Shown one piece after another: positions 1 to 12,790 of a DNA stretch of 64,000 nt. The stretch is from Anolis carolinensis (taxonomy: Eukaryota). The notes under the pieces were generated by a model. That model did not search any database. It was not told the DNA's origin and saw only the letters and a program-made list of their open reading frames with translations. The stretch covers positions 236,922,689 through 236,986,688 of the forward strand of contig NC_085841.1 in NCBI RefSeq assembly GCF_035594765.1, read 5' to 3'. The translations under genes and the position numbers were made by a program. The first letter of the stretch is position 1. Each line of letters opens with the position of its first letter.

Positions 1-195
1 CAGGGGATGCCCGGATGTTTTGATGTTTTTTACCATCCTTGTGGGAGGCTTCTCTCATGTCCCTGCATGGAGCTGGAGCTGATAGAGGGAGCTCATCCGT
101 ACTCTCCCCGGGTGGGATTCGAACCTGGCAGCCTTCAGGTCAGCAACCCAACCTTCAAGTCACGAGGCTTTCATCCCCTAGGCCACCGGAGGCTC
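1..195 (-). mobile_element. tRNA-derived SINE (Anolis SINE2-like), cut by window edge
   Basis: Same body as other copies in the window; B-box GGTTCGAATCC on the minus strand; nearly identical to 63401-63668. Confidence 0.85.
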
Positions 196-1354
196 AAATT
201 ACTGCTTTGACTAGAGTGTATGTACATTTAACGATTCAAAATGTAATTCTGGATTGAGAATTATATTGTGTATATATATATTATATATATAGTACTTTGT
301 AACCTGTGTTTAGGAAAATGTTTTTGTGGTTATAACTAATAACAGGGATTTTAAAAAAATAAAAATAAAAAAATAGCTGAAACACTGTACAAAAAATGTA
401 GAAACTCATTTTCGAATGAGCCCCATTGATGGTGTCATCCAGTGCAGTCTGCACCCCCTGCAGTGCCCTAGTGACCCCATTAGGTAGAATGGGATGCCCA
501 TTGCAGGCAGAGGAAAGTAAGGGTAGGAAATTGCATGCACATCTGCCAAGAGGGCCCCATTGCTGCTCTAGAGATTGTCAATGGCTGCTCCTGGAAGCAT
601 CCAGCCAAGTTCTTCAAAGTAAGGCATGAGAAGACACAAATGAGCTGCCTATTCTGATTTTCCTTCGTAGTGAAGCCATAGCAGAGAAACATCCAGGTAT
701 GTTTTTTCCAGAGCTAATCAAGCTCTTCTTGCTTTAAGGGGTCCTCAGATCAAGCAATGTTTGCTGAGTTGCCCTGGAATATCTGGGCCTGACAAAAGAC
801 CACCCCAAGCTATAGTCTGGCTGTTTGGTGCTGTGGATGCTACTCTCCATAGAGATTGCTCACCTCCATAGAGACCACCCAGTTTGCTCTCAAAGTAAGA
901 AAGAGGAAAAATGATACTAGCGATAAAAGGATGGTGATAGTGCTGATGATATGGCAGGTGGTGGCATGACAACATGGGTCCCAAATGTCAGAATCTGTGA
1001 TGTACAAACAAAGCCCAGCTCTTAAGATACAGAATGTTTATTTAAGAAAAAAGAGTGAACCACAGTAAACCGTATGTTGTTAGGTCTGAGGTCTAACTAC
1101 ACAATACATTTATAGATAAAACAATTAAAATATTTTATTACTTTTCACCTCCTTTGTCAGTGAGCAAAGCCGGTTCTTCTTGTGTAGTGGTTTCCCCACA
1201 TTTTATCAAACTATTTCAGAAGCAGCTCTCCATTCCCCCTTCATACCAGTCCCTCAGAAGAATGACCTTGCAGCTTCTGGCAGTTGTAAATTCCCTCTGC
1301 AGATGGTCATAAATCTACTAAATCAAGATAAGAAATTCCTAGTTAATGAGGATA

Positions 1355-1600
1355 GGAACTCCTGGTGGTGGTGGTGCAATTGGTTAAACCCTTGTGCCGG
1401 TGGGACTGAGGACTTGAAGGTTGGGTTGCTGACCTGAAGGTTCCCTGTTCAAATTTGAGGAGAGTGTGGATGAGCTCTCTCTGTCAGCTCCAGGGGGGGC
1501 ATGAGAGAAGCCGCCCACAAGGATGTCCAGGCGTAACGTCCTTGCAGACGGCTAATTATCTTACACCAGTTTCTCAAGTCGCTCCTGACATGGAAAAAAA
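1355..1600 (+). mobile_element. Anolis SINE2-like SINE, internally deleted
   Basis: Head ggaactcctggtgg...ggttaaacccttgtgccgg; ends gtcgctcctgaca plus A-tail. Confidence 0.8.
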
Positions 1601-1869
1601 GCTAATGAGAGAAAGTGGCATTCCGCATTAACCCTAATATGCAAGTATGGTTAAATGCATGGCACAAGACCCATCATCCACTATACATAATACGTAACCA
1701 GTACAAACATCTAAATCTAATCTAATCTAATCTAAATCAGCAGCTGGATTGGGCAAATGAGGTCCATTCAGCTTCTGATATAAGGAAGATGACATTTTTA
1801 CCTCTCTACCATGAGTGAGTGAGGCTGTGTCAATCACAAACAGGGCCCCATCACAAATCCTATATATAT

Positions 1870-4740
1870 TTCTGTATTGCAGTCGATGACCAGCAACAAA
1901 AAATGTACAAGCATCAGAATATAATAGAAACATATACATTTAGGTATTAAGAAACACTGTCAAAAGCAGGGTTAAAACCCAGTATTGAATATGGTAGTTA
2001 AAATGGTATTAAACATTTATATGCTAAAATGACAAAGGTAAATGCTGAAGTAAATATTAAAACCTTCTAAGACTGTGACAACATCTTGCGCCAACAAGCT
2101 ATTGCTACTGCACAAAAGCTAACAACTTTGGCAGTAATTTTGGGGTCTTGGTCCACCAAAAGATAATCAACATAAAACCTTATAGATCTCCCTGGTAAAC
2201 TTTATAAAATTGGATTTATAAAATGTTTATGAAGGTCTCGGTAAAAAGAGCAGTACAACAAGACATGCTCCACAGTTTCCACTGCCTCAGCCTCACAGCG
2301 ACATAGGCGTTCATTGTATGGTACTTTTTTCTATCTTCCCACAAGTATAGCAGAAGGGAGTACATTGAATTTAGCCAAAGAGAAGGCCTTCCTATGTTTT
2401 GGGATAATAAGGTTATCTAAGTGCTCTGTGGGAAGAAGAGCCCTCCCATTGTCTTTAAAGACTGGAAGAACAGAAGCTGCTGTTTAGGTAGTTTTGCAGC
2501 TCAGTGTCCCAGATATGCTGTCAATATGTTTTCTTTGGCTTTTGTGTAGTACATAGTTAGGATGGTGTTTAGTGAGAATTCCAGGTTTAGGATTTTCTCA
2601 TCAACTAACTTTTTCCATCTTTATTGAAATAGATCACCAAGGGTCAATGAGACCAAACCTTTAGGCTTTCAGTTTTAACCAAAAGTTTAGTTTATATATC
2701 CAGATCCAAGACTCGACAGAGATCTGACCCGTCTCTAGTAGCAAGATTACATTAGGCACACAGCTTGGGAGACTAAGGATGCTTCTTAAAAATTTTGTCT
2801 GGATGGCTTCTAAAGCCTTGACACTTTTGAACACACACAGTTGTGCTCCATATAACATTTGTGGCAAGATTTTAGCATTAAAAACTTGAATTGCTGAAGG
2901 TACATGCTGGCCTCCTTTACCATAAAAACATAAGTGAGTTGTAACTCCACTGAGCATTTGCTATAGTATGGGACACGTGAGCTTTCCAGGAACCGGAGGA
3001 CTGGAAAATGACTCCTAGATATTTATAGAGTTTGACTTGTTCTATTGGGTGCCTATTAATTTGCCAGCGGTGTGTGCATCTTTTCCAAGTAAAGACTAGC
3101 ACTTTTGATTTGTCATAATTAATTGCTAGCTGTTCAGTATTACAGTACACATCTAACTTTTTTAGAAGCCACCTCAGCCCAACTCATGGTAATGATAAAA
3201 GTACTGTATCATCTGCATAAAGTAAAACTGATATTGCTCTCCCAGCCAATTTAGAGGGTGAGGGTTTATTTCTGAGAGTGAGTTCACCAAAGAGTTAATA
3301 TAAATATTAAACAAAGTGGGAGCAAGAACACAACCTTGCTTTACTCCGTAAGTGAGGGTATTGGTCTAGTCAGATGGCCTTCACGGTTACATCTCACTCA
3401 CAAATGCATTTTTTCATAAAGGCTGCGAATGAGAGCCAGCAGGCACCTGTCTATGTTGGTGGTCACAAGTTTGCTTCAAAGTCTGTTTCTTGAGATTGAG
3501 TCAAATGCAGACCTAAAATCTATAAAGGCTGTGTAAAGTGCTCCCCGGGAGGGAGAGGAATATTTTTCTACTAAATGTTGCAATATTAGGCCCTGATCAA
3601 CAGTTGCATGTCCGATCCTAAAACCAGCTTGTTCCTCTTCTAAAACGTTTTCTTCCTCCAACCAGGTTAATAGTTTGTCTAGGAGATGACTAGCATACAA
3701 TTTGCTGATGATGCTTAGAAGGCCTGTAGTTGGCAGGATCTGATCTATTGCCTTTTTTATATATATAAATGGGGATAATTATTGCAAGCCCCCAGTCAGA
3801 TGGTATACAAGCAGACCGGTCAATGCATGTGAACAGAACTGCTAAGACTGCTGTCCACCATTCAGAGTTTGATTTCAGCAGTTCAGGGGGCACATGATCA
3901 CTTCCTGGGGCTTTGCCCAGTTTAAGTTCAGAAATGAGTCTGCCAATTTCAGATGTTGAAACAGGGGGCCAGTTTGGTAGACCATTAAGATCTTGTGGTG
4001 TTAGTAAATCACCAGCTTGCCTCCCTCCACTCATACTGCTGAAGAATTTTCCCCATGATTTCACAGGGATGTGGAAGTCTAATCCATGAGGGTTGCTTTG
4101 CCAGCTCCCAGACACTATCTTCCAAAAGGCAGCTGTGTCATATGTTCGCAAAGCAGTGATTCGTTTATGCCAGTTTGATCTCAATGCCTGTTTCTTTTTT
4201 TCCTTAATTAAGTTTTGCGTTTCTTCTTCAATAGCAGCCATTCTGAAGATAGTGATGCCAAGTCTGACTTCCTGTACCCTTTGTACTTTTTGAGGAGCAA
4301 CTTCTTCATTTCTAGACACTTTTGGTCAAACCAAGGTTTGGATGTAAAATGGCAAGAGTGTTTTTTAGTGTGGTTATTGCATTGCAGGCATTTTTGCAGT
4401 TGTCTAACAAGGTCCTGGTATGAGCACAGTACATCTTCGGGTGTTTTTGCAGATAGGAAGGCATCTCTTAATTTGAGAGTACTTTCTGAATGTAGAGCAG
4501 CAGCTGAGGTTTGCTCCAGATGGATGGTCCATTTGATGCGGGAGAATCTTATATCAGCCTCACGTCTGATTCCAGGTTCTGACTCTGCAAATAAGCCCCA
4601 TGCCTCAAGATTTTGGGCTGCAGTTAAAGCTAAATGGTCACTTTCAGTTCATACATCACAAATCTTTGACATATCCTCTCTTGGTAGTAGGAGAGTGGAA
4701 AGGTCACCCCTTTAGTCCTATCAGAAACTGAATGTTCCTC
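1870..4740 (-). mobile_element. Degenerate APE-RT LINE ORF2 (RTE-X-like clade, uncertain), 5'-truncated
   Basis: Frameshifted ORF pieces: TESDHL (APE end, about 4620-4645), KAPGSD...PIYKKG..DPANYRP, EQAGFR...FIDFRSAFDSI, GVKQGCVLAPTLFNIY, LLYADD, YKYLG and a C-terminal Cys/His knuckle (LCRC...ETVEHVLLYC). Confidence 0.85.
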
Positions 4741-6149
4741 CTTCGCTCAATCTGTTTGCTTACTCTTGAAGTAGGATAGAAGGGGATTATTTTTTTGTCA
4801 GTGGTTGTAAGTCATATCAGATTCATTAAATTCATACATACGATACAATATCTAATGCGTGGGCATGGCCTGCGCCAAAAGCAGAAGAATCAAAACTTAC
4901 CCAATACTTTTTGTTTGAGTTTTGTAAATCTTGGAAGCCTTCCAAAGTCAGTTTCATTTTCAGTGCCAAGAAGCAAAGCAAAGCCAAAAAGGCTGCCTTT
5001 CCTCTTTAAATTAATGGTCTCTCACCATTAGGAGGAGCAGCAGGGAGAAAGCAGAGTTCGCTGGGAAAGAGACTGAGAAAGCACAGAAATCTGGGAAGTG
5101 TAGTTTGGGAAGACAAGGATCCCTATGCCAGAGAATTCAAAAGGCCCTGCCCTAAACTATATTTCCAAGAATTCTGCTCAGCATTGAAAGCCCCAATCAG
5201 GATAAAGGAGAGATTTGTCCCTCCATAGCAGCAGCCAGCCTGAGTTCCAATAAATTGTTGAATCTGCAAAGAGGAGGACTGACTAATACTTCTAGTAACT
5301 AAATCTCTGCTGGACTGGGAAGAAATCCCTAAATGGAACTTATATTGGTTAATATGAGAAACATTCAATGAGATAGCTGTTGTGGCTTTTATTCATTTAT
5401 TAAAATATTTTTGTCTAAACTTTAAAAATTTCCCTAAAATCAGTTGGATTGGATAGGTCCTATGGTATTTTCCAATTTTATCATTATATGATTGTGAAAT
5501 TGTTGCTCTAGTGGTTTGTTAAACGAAGTACACTAGTATTACTCATAAATTGCATATTTCTGTTGGGACTGGCACAATCACCACATTCTCTAGGTTTTGT
5601 GCACAGGGACATATGGTTTTTCTTTTAGATTTAATAAGGATCATCCAACCAGGGGAAAGATTAACAACAGAGCCTTGGAGCATTACACATTAAAAATACA
5701 AATAATCATAGCAAATTGTAGTGTCAGTGTTTGTTTGTGTACTATTAAACAATCTCCTTTGAGCATTAATATGTCCTTGGATCACTGAACAGACTGTTAT
5801 TATTTTGTGTTTGCTCATCACATCACAAGATTTGATTGTCATTCAAATCTCTATGGGACAAGATTCTTCTAGAGTGAATAAGAACAAGCCTTATTATACA
5901 TTCAACTGTTGGAATCACAATGCCCTCTAGAGGAATGGGAAAGCTGATGTGGGGAATAAATTTGAGAGACCTTTATGAAAAAGCAGACCCAAAGGCCAAA
6001 AGTGTTGAGGAACAAAGTGGGATTTAAGAATCTGTTGAAAAATTGCATGACTTCAAGAGTGTAACTTCCTGGGAAGGAGTGGCAGACAGGGAGCTACCTC
6101 ACTTGCCCACCCCACAGCTTTTCCATCTGGCTCTATTTTATTTTTAGAT

Positions 6150-6245
6150 TTTTTTTTCATGTCAAGAATGACCTAAGAAACTGCAAGTCACTTCTGATGT
6201 GAGAGAATTGGCCATCTACAAGGACATTGCCCAGGGGACGCCTGC
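6150..6245 (-). mobile_element. Anolis SINE2-like 3' fragment
   Basis: T-tract followed by ...gtgagagaattggccatctacaaggacattgcccagggg, matching the 3' part of the other copies. Confidence 0.7.
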
Positions 6246-6392
6246 AGGGGCATTTCCGTGTGGCACCGTATCCAGTAGGGATGCCATTGAGGTGCCTGGA
6301 TGGAAACGGGGAGGAGCTGCCTGAATGACGTGCAGCCCCGGGCTGTCCGTCATTCAGGCGCCTCTGCCCCCTCCCCTTCCCGGCTGAGCACT

Positions 6393-6737
6393 CTGCAAGG
6401 CTATTCAATGCTAATCAAGGTGGCCAATTGCAACATTAGGAATTGTGGGAGTTAGTGGAAATAATAACCATGAAAATGAACAAAATCTGGCTACAAGTGT
6501 TAAAAAACCTCTAAAATCAGGACAGTAAACACTCAGAAAAAGAGGAATTCCAGACATGAAACAATCAGGATCAGCTAACACCTCCCAACAATTATGCCCC
6601 CAGGCAGGAGGCAACCAGGCTTTGAAGCTGCAAGGCTATTTAATGTCAGGAGAGAATGCTTCTGGAACATGGCCATACAGCCCGAAAAACTCGCAGCAAC
6701 CCAGTGATTCTAGCCATGAAAGCCTTCGCAACACATT
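6393..6737 (+). mobile_element. Penelope-like element 3' fragment
   Basis: Ends gtcaggagagaatgcttctggaacatggccatacagcccg...gccatgaaagccttcg; shared with 33670-33990 and 38210-38440. Confidence 0.7.
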
Positions 6738-7081
6738 CTTGCGGGAGTTTGTTGCCTGGCCTTTGCAGCAGTTTCAAGCTAGTTTCGATTTCCATTTGCT
6801 TGTCCCATAGTGGGTCAGCCATCTATTCTTTACTCCATCACATTTGACGATCTCTCCAAAGCACGTGTAGAAAATGTCTGCGGCTGCATTTCCAGACCTG
6901 TGTTTGCTGCCAGTTATTTCACTTAAATCTGGCATCTGTTGCGTTTCTTTAGAGTCAGATCCTGATATGAGAAAACCAGTATGACCTTTGTACCAGTGCA
7001 TCCAGAAACTGCAGCTTCATTTATGTATATGCAACAAAATGTATCATTTTCTATGACATAGTTCCACTGGAAGTTACCATA

Positions 7082-7089
7082 TAATAATA

Positions 7090-7135
<46 letters not shown>
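7082..7135. repeat. (ATT)n microsatellite
   Basis: Directly visible; adjoins an L2 tail. Confidence 0.95.
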
Positions 7136-7145
<10 letters not shown>

Positions 7146-7487
7146 TACCCCGCCACCATCTCCCCAACGGGGACTCGGGGCGGCTTACATGGGGCCATGC
7201 CCAAAACAATACAATGTAAACAGCATATAAAAGAACAGCACATCACAATACAATAAACAATACAATAAATAATAATATCCATTACAAAATAAAACAAGGA
7301 GACAATGAAAACAAGGGCAGACCACATGAACATTAAGTTAAAACTTGTGGTGAGAAAGACATAAAAATAAAAACCACAGCGAACAGGGTCATAAGGGAGT
7401 AAGGTATTCTGGAGGATAGATATTAGAGGGAGCAACGGAAAAGAAATATAAAATGGTTACTCTCCAAAAGCACAGCGAAAGAGCCAT
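7136..7487 (-). mobile_element. L2 LINE 3' end
   Basis: Minus strand encodes WLFRCAFGE* (ORF2 end), then an AT-rich UTR and the tgtaagccgccccgagtcccc...tataaataaa tail. Confidence 0.75.
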
Positions 7488-8012
7488 AGAATCATAGAAT
7501 AGTAGAGTTGGAAGAGACCTCATGGGCCATCCAGTCCAATCCCCTGCTAAGTAGCAGGAAATCACATTCAAAGCACCCCTGACAAATGGCCATCCAGCCT
7601 CTGCTTAAAAGCCTCCAAAGAAGGAGCCTCCACCACAGTCTGGGGGAGAGAGTTCCACTGCCGAACAGCCCTCACAGTGAGGAAGTTCTTCCTGATGTTC
7701 AGGTGGAATCTCCTTTCCTGTAGTTTGAAGCCATTGTTCCGTGTCCTAATCTGCAGGGCAGCAGAAAACAAACTTGCTCCCTCCTCCCTATGACTTCCCT
7801 TCACGTATTTGTACATGGCTATCATGTCTCCTCTCAGCCTTCTCTTCTGCAGGCTAAACATGCCCAGTTCTTTAAGCCTCTCCTCATAGGGCTTGTTCTC
7901 CAGACCTTTGATCATTTTAGTTGCCCTCCTCTGGGCGCTTTCCAGTTTGTCAACATCTCCCTTCAATTGAGGTGCCAGAATTGGACACAGTATTCCAGGT
8001 GTGGTCTGACCA
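7488..8012 (-). mobile_element. CR1 LINE 3' fragment (ORF2 C-terminus)
   Basis: ORF 7568-7966 LESAQRRATKMIKGLENKPYEERLKELGMFSLQKRRLRGD...; ATTCTATG-type tail. Confidence 0.92.
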
Positions 8013-9145
8013 AATCCAGGAATGTCTCCCTTGCAGATATGTGGGTTCTACTTTAATAAATGACTCCACCATAAAATGAGGCTCAGAACATTTGTTATCA
8101 AAGATAATGAGTCTTGAAGTACAGGGCTTTGTGTTGATCTTCAAATACAAGATGAAAAATCAATTTGAACAATACTTCCTTCTCAATAATTCCTTCTAGA
8201 TCAGACAGTTGAACAGAAAATCCATTTTCAAATTTATAAAAAGGATGATAAATGATGCAACAATGAATCACCCCATCTGAACTGAAGTACTGCCATCTAT
8301 ATACAGTCAATAGGCCACTCAATAAAAGAGAGATCCTCTATTAACTGTCTCATTCATTTTGATGAAAGAGGAAAATAAATCCCCTTCACAATTCTTTCAG
8401 TTAGTGCCAGCTAGAGAAGATCTATTAAATCCACTATTAAAAAGTGAATCAACATGTATGTAAATCTATTTAACTCAAGAGTAGTCAGGATTAATAATAA
8501 GATTTAGGTCTTTGTTTCCAGAAGGTGTCATCCTTCTGCTGAAGTGAGTGAGAAACATCAGACATCCTGCATACATGGTGGCGACTGGTGCTTCCATACC
8601 AGTGAAGTGGTTAGTCTTCTCCAGGACTTAGAGTCAACTTTAAAGGAGCTATCCAGCAGTTGAATCTTATACCACCAAATAGGTTCAGTACTTTGGATAA
8701 CTCCTTTAAAGTTCAGACCAAGCCCAGAGGAGATTTGATGACACACTGAGATGGGAGCTATCAGCCACCACTGTAACTAGGTTGGGACAAGAAATCATTT
8801 CAAATGAAGCATTCAAGCTTTTGACATGTAAAAGGAGGGAAAGATACAAATAAGGGTCAGACAACAGGAAGTGAGAGAAATCAACCCCTAGGAATGGAAA
8901 TGCATTCCTGAAAGAGTTATCATGGGGGAAGGGTATCTCCACTAAAGCTTTATCACCAATCTTTGTTTCTACCACAAGCCAATTCTTGTCAAAATCCAAT
9001 TATCACTGGGACAGAAAGTGAGGCAAAATCTTCTGAACAGGGGCACAGACAGCAAAACAAACACCATGGAGGTATTCAACCTGTCCTATGCTATGAAATA
9101 TGCATTGACTGGTGTTACACTTAAAAATGTACCTGTCCAATTAAC

Positions 9146-9822
9146 TGTCGCACCTCAGGGTAGCTTCACCTTGCTATATACACCAAACTGCACACCGGTT
9201 GAAGTCTTTTTTGTTTATTAGAAAATAGAAAATAAAAGGTTCTTTAAAAGCAAAAGTAAAGTTCCAAAAAATGGTTACAAAACAAAGTCATAGAGAACAA
9301 ATGCAGAAATCCCGAGGAGTAAACAAGGTCCCAATAGAGCATGACAAAGTCCCAAGAACATGAACACAGAAGCTGCAAGGTAATCCAGGAAAACAAGAGC
9401 TTGCTTCTTGGTTAAACGAAAGATGCTTTGACAAAGCTTTGTCTCCAAACACATTGTTTTAATACCCTTTGCAAAGCATGAAAGCCTTTCTCTGGCCTCT
9501 AATCTCCCTCTTGTTCGCAATTCTCACACCCCTCCGAACCCTGAATTCCAAATGGTCAGCTCGATCTAAGGAACCTGTTTCGTCAAGGTCAGCCTGCTCG
9601 TTAGTTTGCTGAGCCTCATTATCAGACTGAGAACAGTCCTCCTTTCCCAAGTCCATTTGCACCTGGCTAGTTTCAGTATTAACAACCTCATTCCTTGCTG
9701 TGGGAAAATGAACTTGCACTCCCTGATCCTCATCTTCTACAACAGGGACATTTTCAACCTGATTGTGTACCTGAATCCCATCATCCTCATCAGAGTCAAT
9801 CTGAGGTTCCAGCTGAGTCACT
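9146..9822 (-). mobile_element. Solo LTR (Gypsy-like)
   Basis: Plus strand starts TGT and ends gagtcaCT (mutated CA); 5-bp TSD TTAAC at 9141-9145 and 9823-9827; AATAAA on the minus strand near its 3' end. Confidence 0.75.
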
Positions 9823-10217
9823 TTAACTTAAAAACAAACCTACAATACCTATCTTGTTCATAAATTGGGGACTGCCTGTATATCGCTAAAGGCACTGCCG
9901 GAAATAATATTTATCAATATATGGACAAAAATATGTGTTATTTTGCCAGTGTATCATGCACACATTAACATGCAAATTTTCATTTGTGGTTTTGAACAAC
10001 ACCATATCTTTTTATGCTGGGAGTGGGTGACACTGTCTGAACTGAGATCCAAACAACATCCAGTACAAAATATAGGCTTGAGACTGTATGATTTCAAACA
10101 TCTTTTGCCTGAAGAAAAATCCAGTGGAGCTTTGAACAATGTCTTTTGTGCATTTCCGTTGACCAACAAAGCTATCACTCCTTTGTGGATTTAAAAAATT
10201 GTTGTATTCTGCACATG

Positions 10218-10483
10218 CAGGCATGTAGCCCGGAGGGGGGGGGGGGCTTGAGGGGCTTCACCCCCCCCCCCAAATTCTCAGGGTGGTCCGTGAGAAGGCC
10301 TTACTGGTACATGGCACGTGGTACATGTTTATTCATATTATGATCTGATCACCATGCCCAATATATCCCATATGCATTGGAGTATTGGGATAATGATACA
10401 AAAGGTTTGCTAGGGTAGATCCTCTTTCACTCAGACTCAGCCCCCCATCCCCACCCCGAATCAAAATCCTGGCTACGGACCTG
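10218..10483. mobile_element. hAT-type MITE
   Basis: TIR caggcatgtagcc / ggctacggacctg; 8-bp TSD TGCACATG/TGTACATG; sister copy at 59762. Confidence 0.85.
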
Positions 10484-10632
10484 TGTACATGATATGTATC
10501 TTGACATCCTTTCATAGGGAGGTGCTGACCTATTTGTTTCAGAAAGCTTTCGAGAGCTAACTGTGCAGAAAGAAAGAACACTTTATGTTCTGTGTTAGCT
10601 ATATTTATTGTTCTTTTTAATGATTTTAAAAA

Positions 10633-10848
10633 CTGTGGCGCAGGCTGGTTAGCAGCCAGCTTCAACAAATCACTCTGATCAAGAGGTCATGAGTTCGAGG
10701 CCAGCCCGTGCCTGCGTTTGTCTCTGTCTCTGTTCTATGTTATGGCATTGAATGTTTGCCTTATATGTGTGCAATGTGATCCGCCCTGAGTCCCCTTCGG
10801 GGTGAGAAGGGCGGAATATAAATACTGTAAATAAATAAATAAATAAAT
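10633..10848 (+). mobile_element. tRNA-headed SINE with L2-like tail (short form)
   Basis: A-box tggcgcaggctgg, B-box gagttcgaggc, tail ccgccctgagtccccttcggggtgagaagggcgg...(TAAA)n. Confidence 0.8.
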
Positions 10849-10902
10849 ATGCTTTAAATTTTATTGATGGTTTAATTATATGTCTAAATTTTGGACAATG
10901 TA

Positions 10903-11225
10903 CAGTAGAGTCTCACTTATCCAACATAAACGAGCTGACAGAATGTTGGATAAGTGAATATGTTGGATAATAAGGAGGGATTAAGGAAAAGCCTATTAAA
11001 CATCAAATTAGGTTATGATTTTACAAATTAAGCACCAAAACATCATGTTATACAACAAATTTGACAGAAAAAGTAGTTCAATATGCAGTAATGCTATGTA
11101 GTAATTACTGTATTTATGAATTTAGCACCAAAATATCACAATGTATTGAAAACATTGACTACAAAAAGGCATTGGATAATCCAGAACGTTGGATAAGTGA
11201 GTGTTGGATAAGTGAGACTCTACTG
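10903..11225. mobile_element. Tc1/mariner (pogo/Tigger-type) MITE, family A
   Basis: TIR cagtagagtctcacttatccaa at both ends; TA TSD; five copies in the window. Confidence 0.9.
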
Positions 11226-11762
11226 TATTATTTCTTTGACTGCATGCCTCCTCTTCCCTTTGAGAATGCACTCTAGCTTTTGAAAAGGTAAAGCACAATG
11301 GTGACCCATTGGTATTCTAGAGAAGTAAACAAATAGGCCACAGAAGGTTGACATCCCTCCCTGATAAAGAAACATATAAAAGAAATTGATGTAGTGTCAC
11401 CCATATTGAAGAAGCACTTTTCAGGTGTGGGGATAGTACATGCCAGATGTCAAAGTTTTTTTGCCCTGTAGGGGTAAGCCCTTTGTAAGTGGGGACCTTT
11501 TCTGGTATGCACCCAGAAGACTTTCTTTCTCTGTATAGTAACATTAATTACTGTGATTTTAAAGCACTCATAGCAAGATAGAGGTGCATTTTCAATGCAC
11601 AATTATCTAGCTTAGATTTCCAAGAAGAAATAAAAATAACTCATCCAGGAAAGGGCTCGTTATCACACCTGAAATTATTCATGTTTTGCCACTGCTGCAT
11701 CCTAATAGGTATTTTCATCTTTTGCACGTACGGCACCTCTCCCCACCCGTCTCTGCACCCAG

Positions 11763-11878
11763 CCGCCTTCAGCCCCTCCGGGGGACTGGCCTCCAGTGGC
11801 AGAGTGATGGATGCTGAAGCCTCAAAAGCACCAGCCTCCGGTAATGAGGCAGAGAAGACTCCTTTACATGCTTCTCAG
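11763..11878 (+). other. Candidate upstream exon of the OR locus at 14475
   Basis: Pyrimidine-rich acceptor ...ctctgcacccAG and consensus donor CAG|GTAAGT; no repeat recognised. Confidence 0.4.
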
Positions 11879-12581
11879 GTAAGTCTCTAACAATAAGAGC
11901 CAGTAGAGGAGACCTGACTTGGAATATGGGGCATTTGCTATTTTTGCGAGTTGGAAAGTAATAATGACAAATTGTTGTGCTCATTCTTAGAGAGAGCTCG
12001 GTAGTTTATTTTGGGTGCAACAAAGCATGAAGTTCTGTGAGCCCACGCTACGTGGGGGGCAAAGTATTTTGAGCTTCAAGGAAAAGATAGGAATCTCATT
12101 TGTAAATGTAATATTTATTATGCAGTAATGTTTGGAGCTGAATTTCAAGTAGGGCTCATGCCAGTAAGCTATTTTCAGTCTAAAAGGAAAATCAACTTTA
12201 AAAGCAATTGTGGCTCCGAGTAAGTAGACAGTGCTTTTTCTCCTTGTCAGTGTCCAAAAGTATATCCAGATTTGACAAGTGTAGTCTCCATATCATCAGG
12301 GGCAGTTTCCAGTCAAATCCAAGCTCGAGCACTCCCCTGTTTTACAAATTCTCCATTTAGAGGACTTTTACACATAGAACAGAAATTCATTTTCTGGTTC
12401 TCATGTAAATTTACTAGTAAAGCATACACTGGTATGCATGCATAAACCAGTTCTATTCACCATTTTGTCTCATGCTTATAAGAATTGCCAATGGTAGAAA
12501 AATAATTGACTTCAAACAACAGATATGGGCTGATGATTAAACAACCATTTTAAAAAAAACATATTTTCCAGATACATAAGA

Positions 12582-12790
12582 TTTTTTTGTTCGTGTCAGG
12601 AGCAACCTGAGTTGCTTCTGGAGTGAGAGAATTGGCCGTCTGCAAGGACGTTGCCCAGAAGACGCCCAGATGTTTTGATGTTTTTACCATCCTTGTGGAG
12701 GCTTCTATCATGTCCCCACGTGGAGTTGGAGCTGATAGAGGGAGCTCATCCACACTCTCCCCGGGTGGGATTCGAACCTGGCAGCTTTTA
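12582..12790 (-). mobile_element. Anolis SINE2-like SINE, 5'-truncated
   Basis: Matches the other copies; B-box present, head missing. Confidence 0.8.

Noticed and set aside
8013-9000. Possible decayed LINE or gene on the minus strand
   Set aside because: Coding-like composition, but no motif I can identify.
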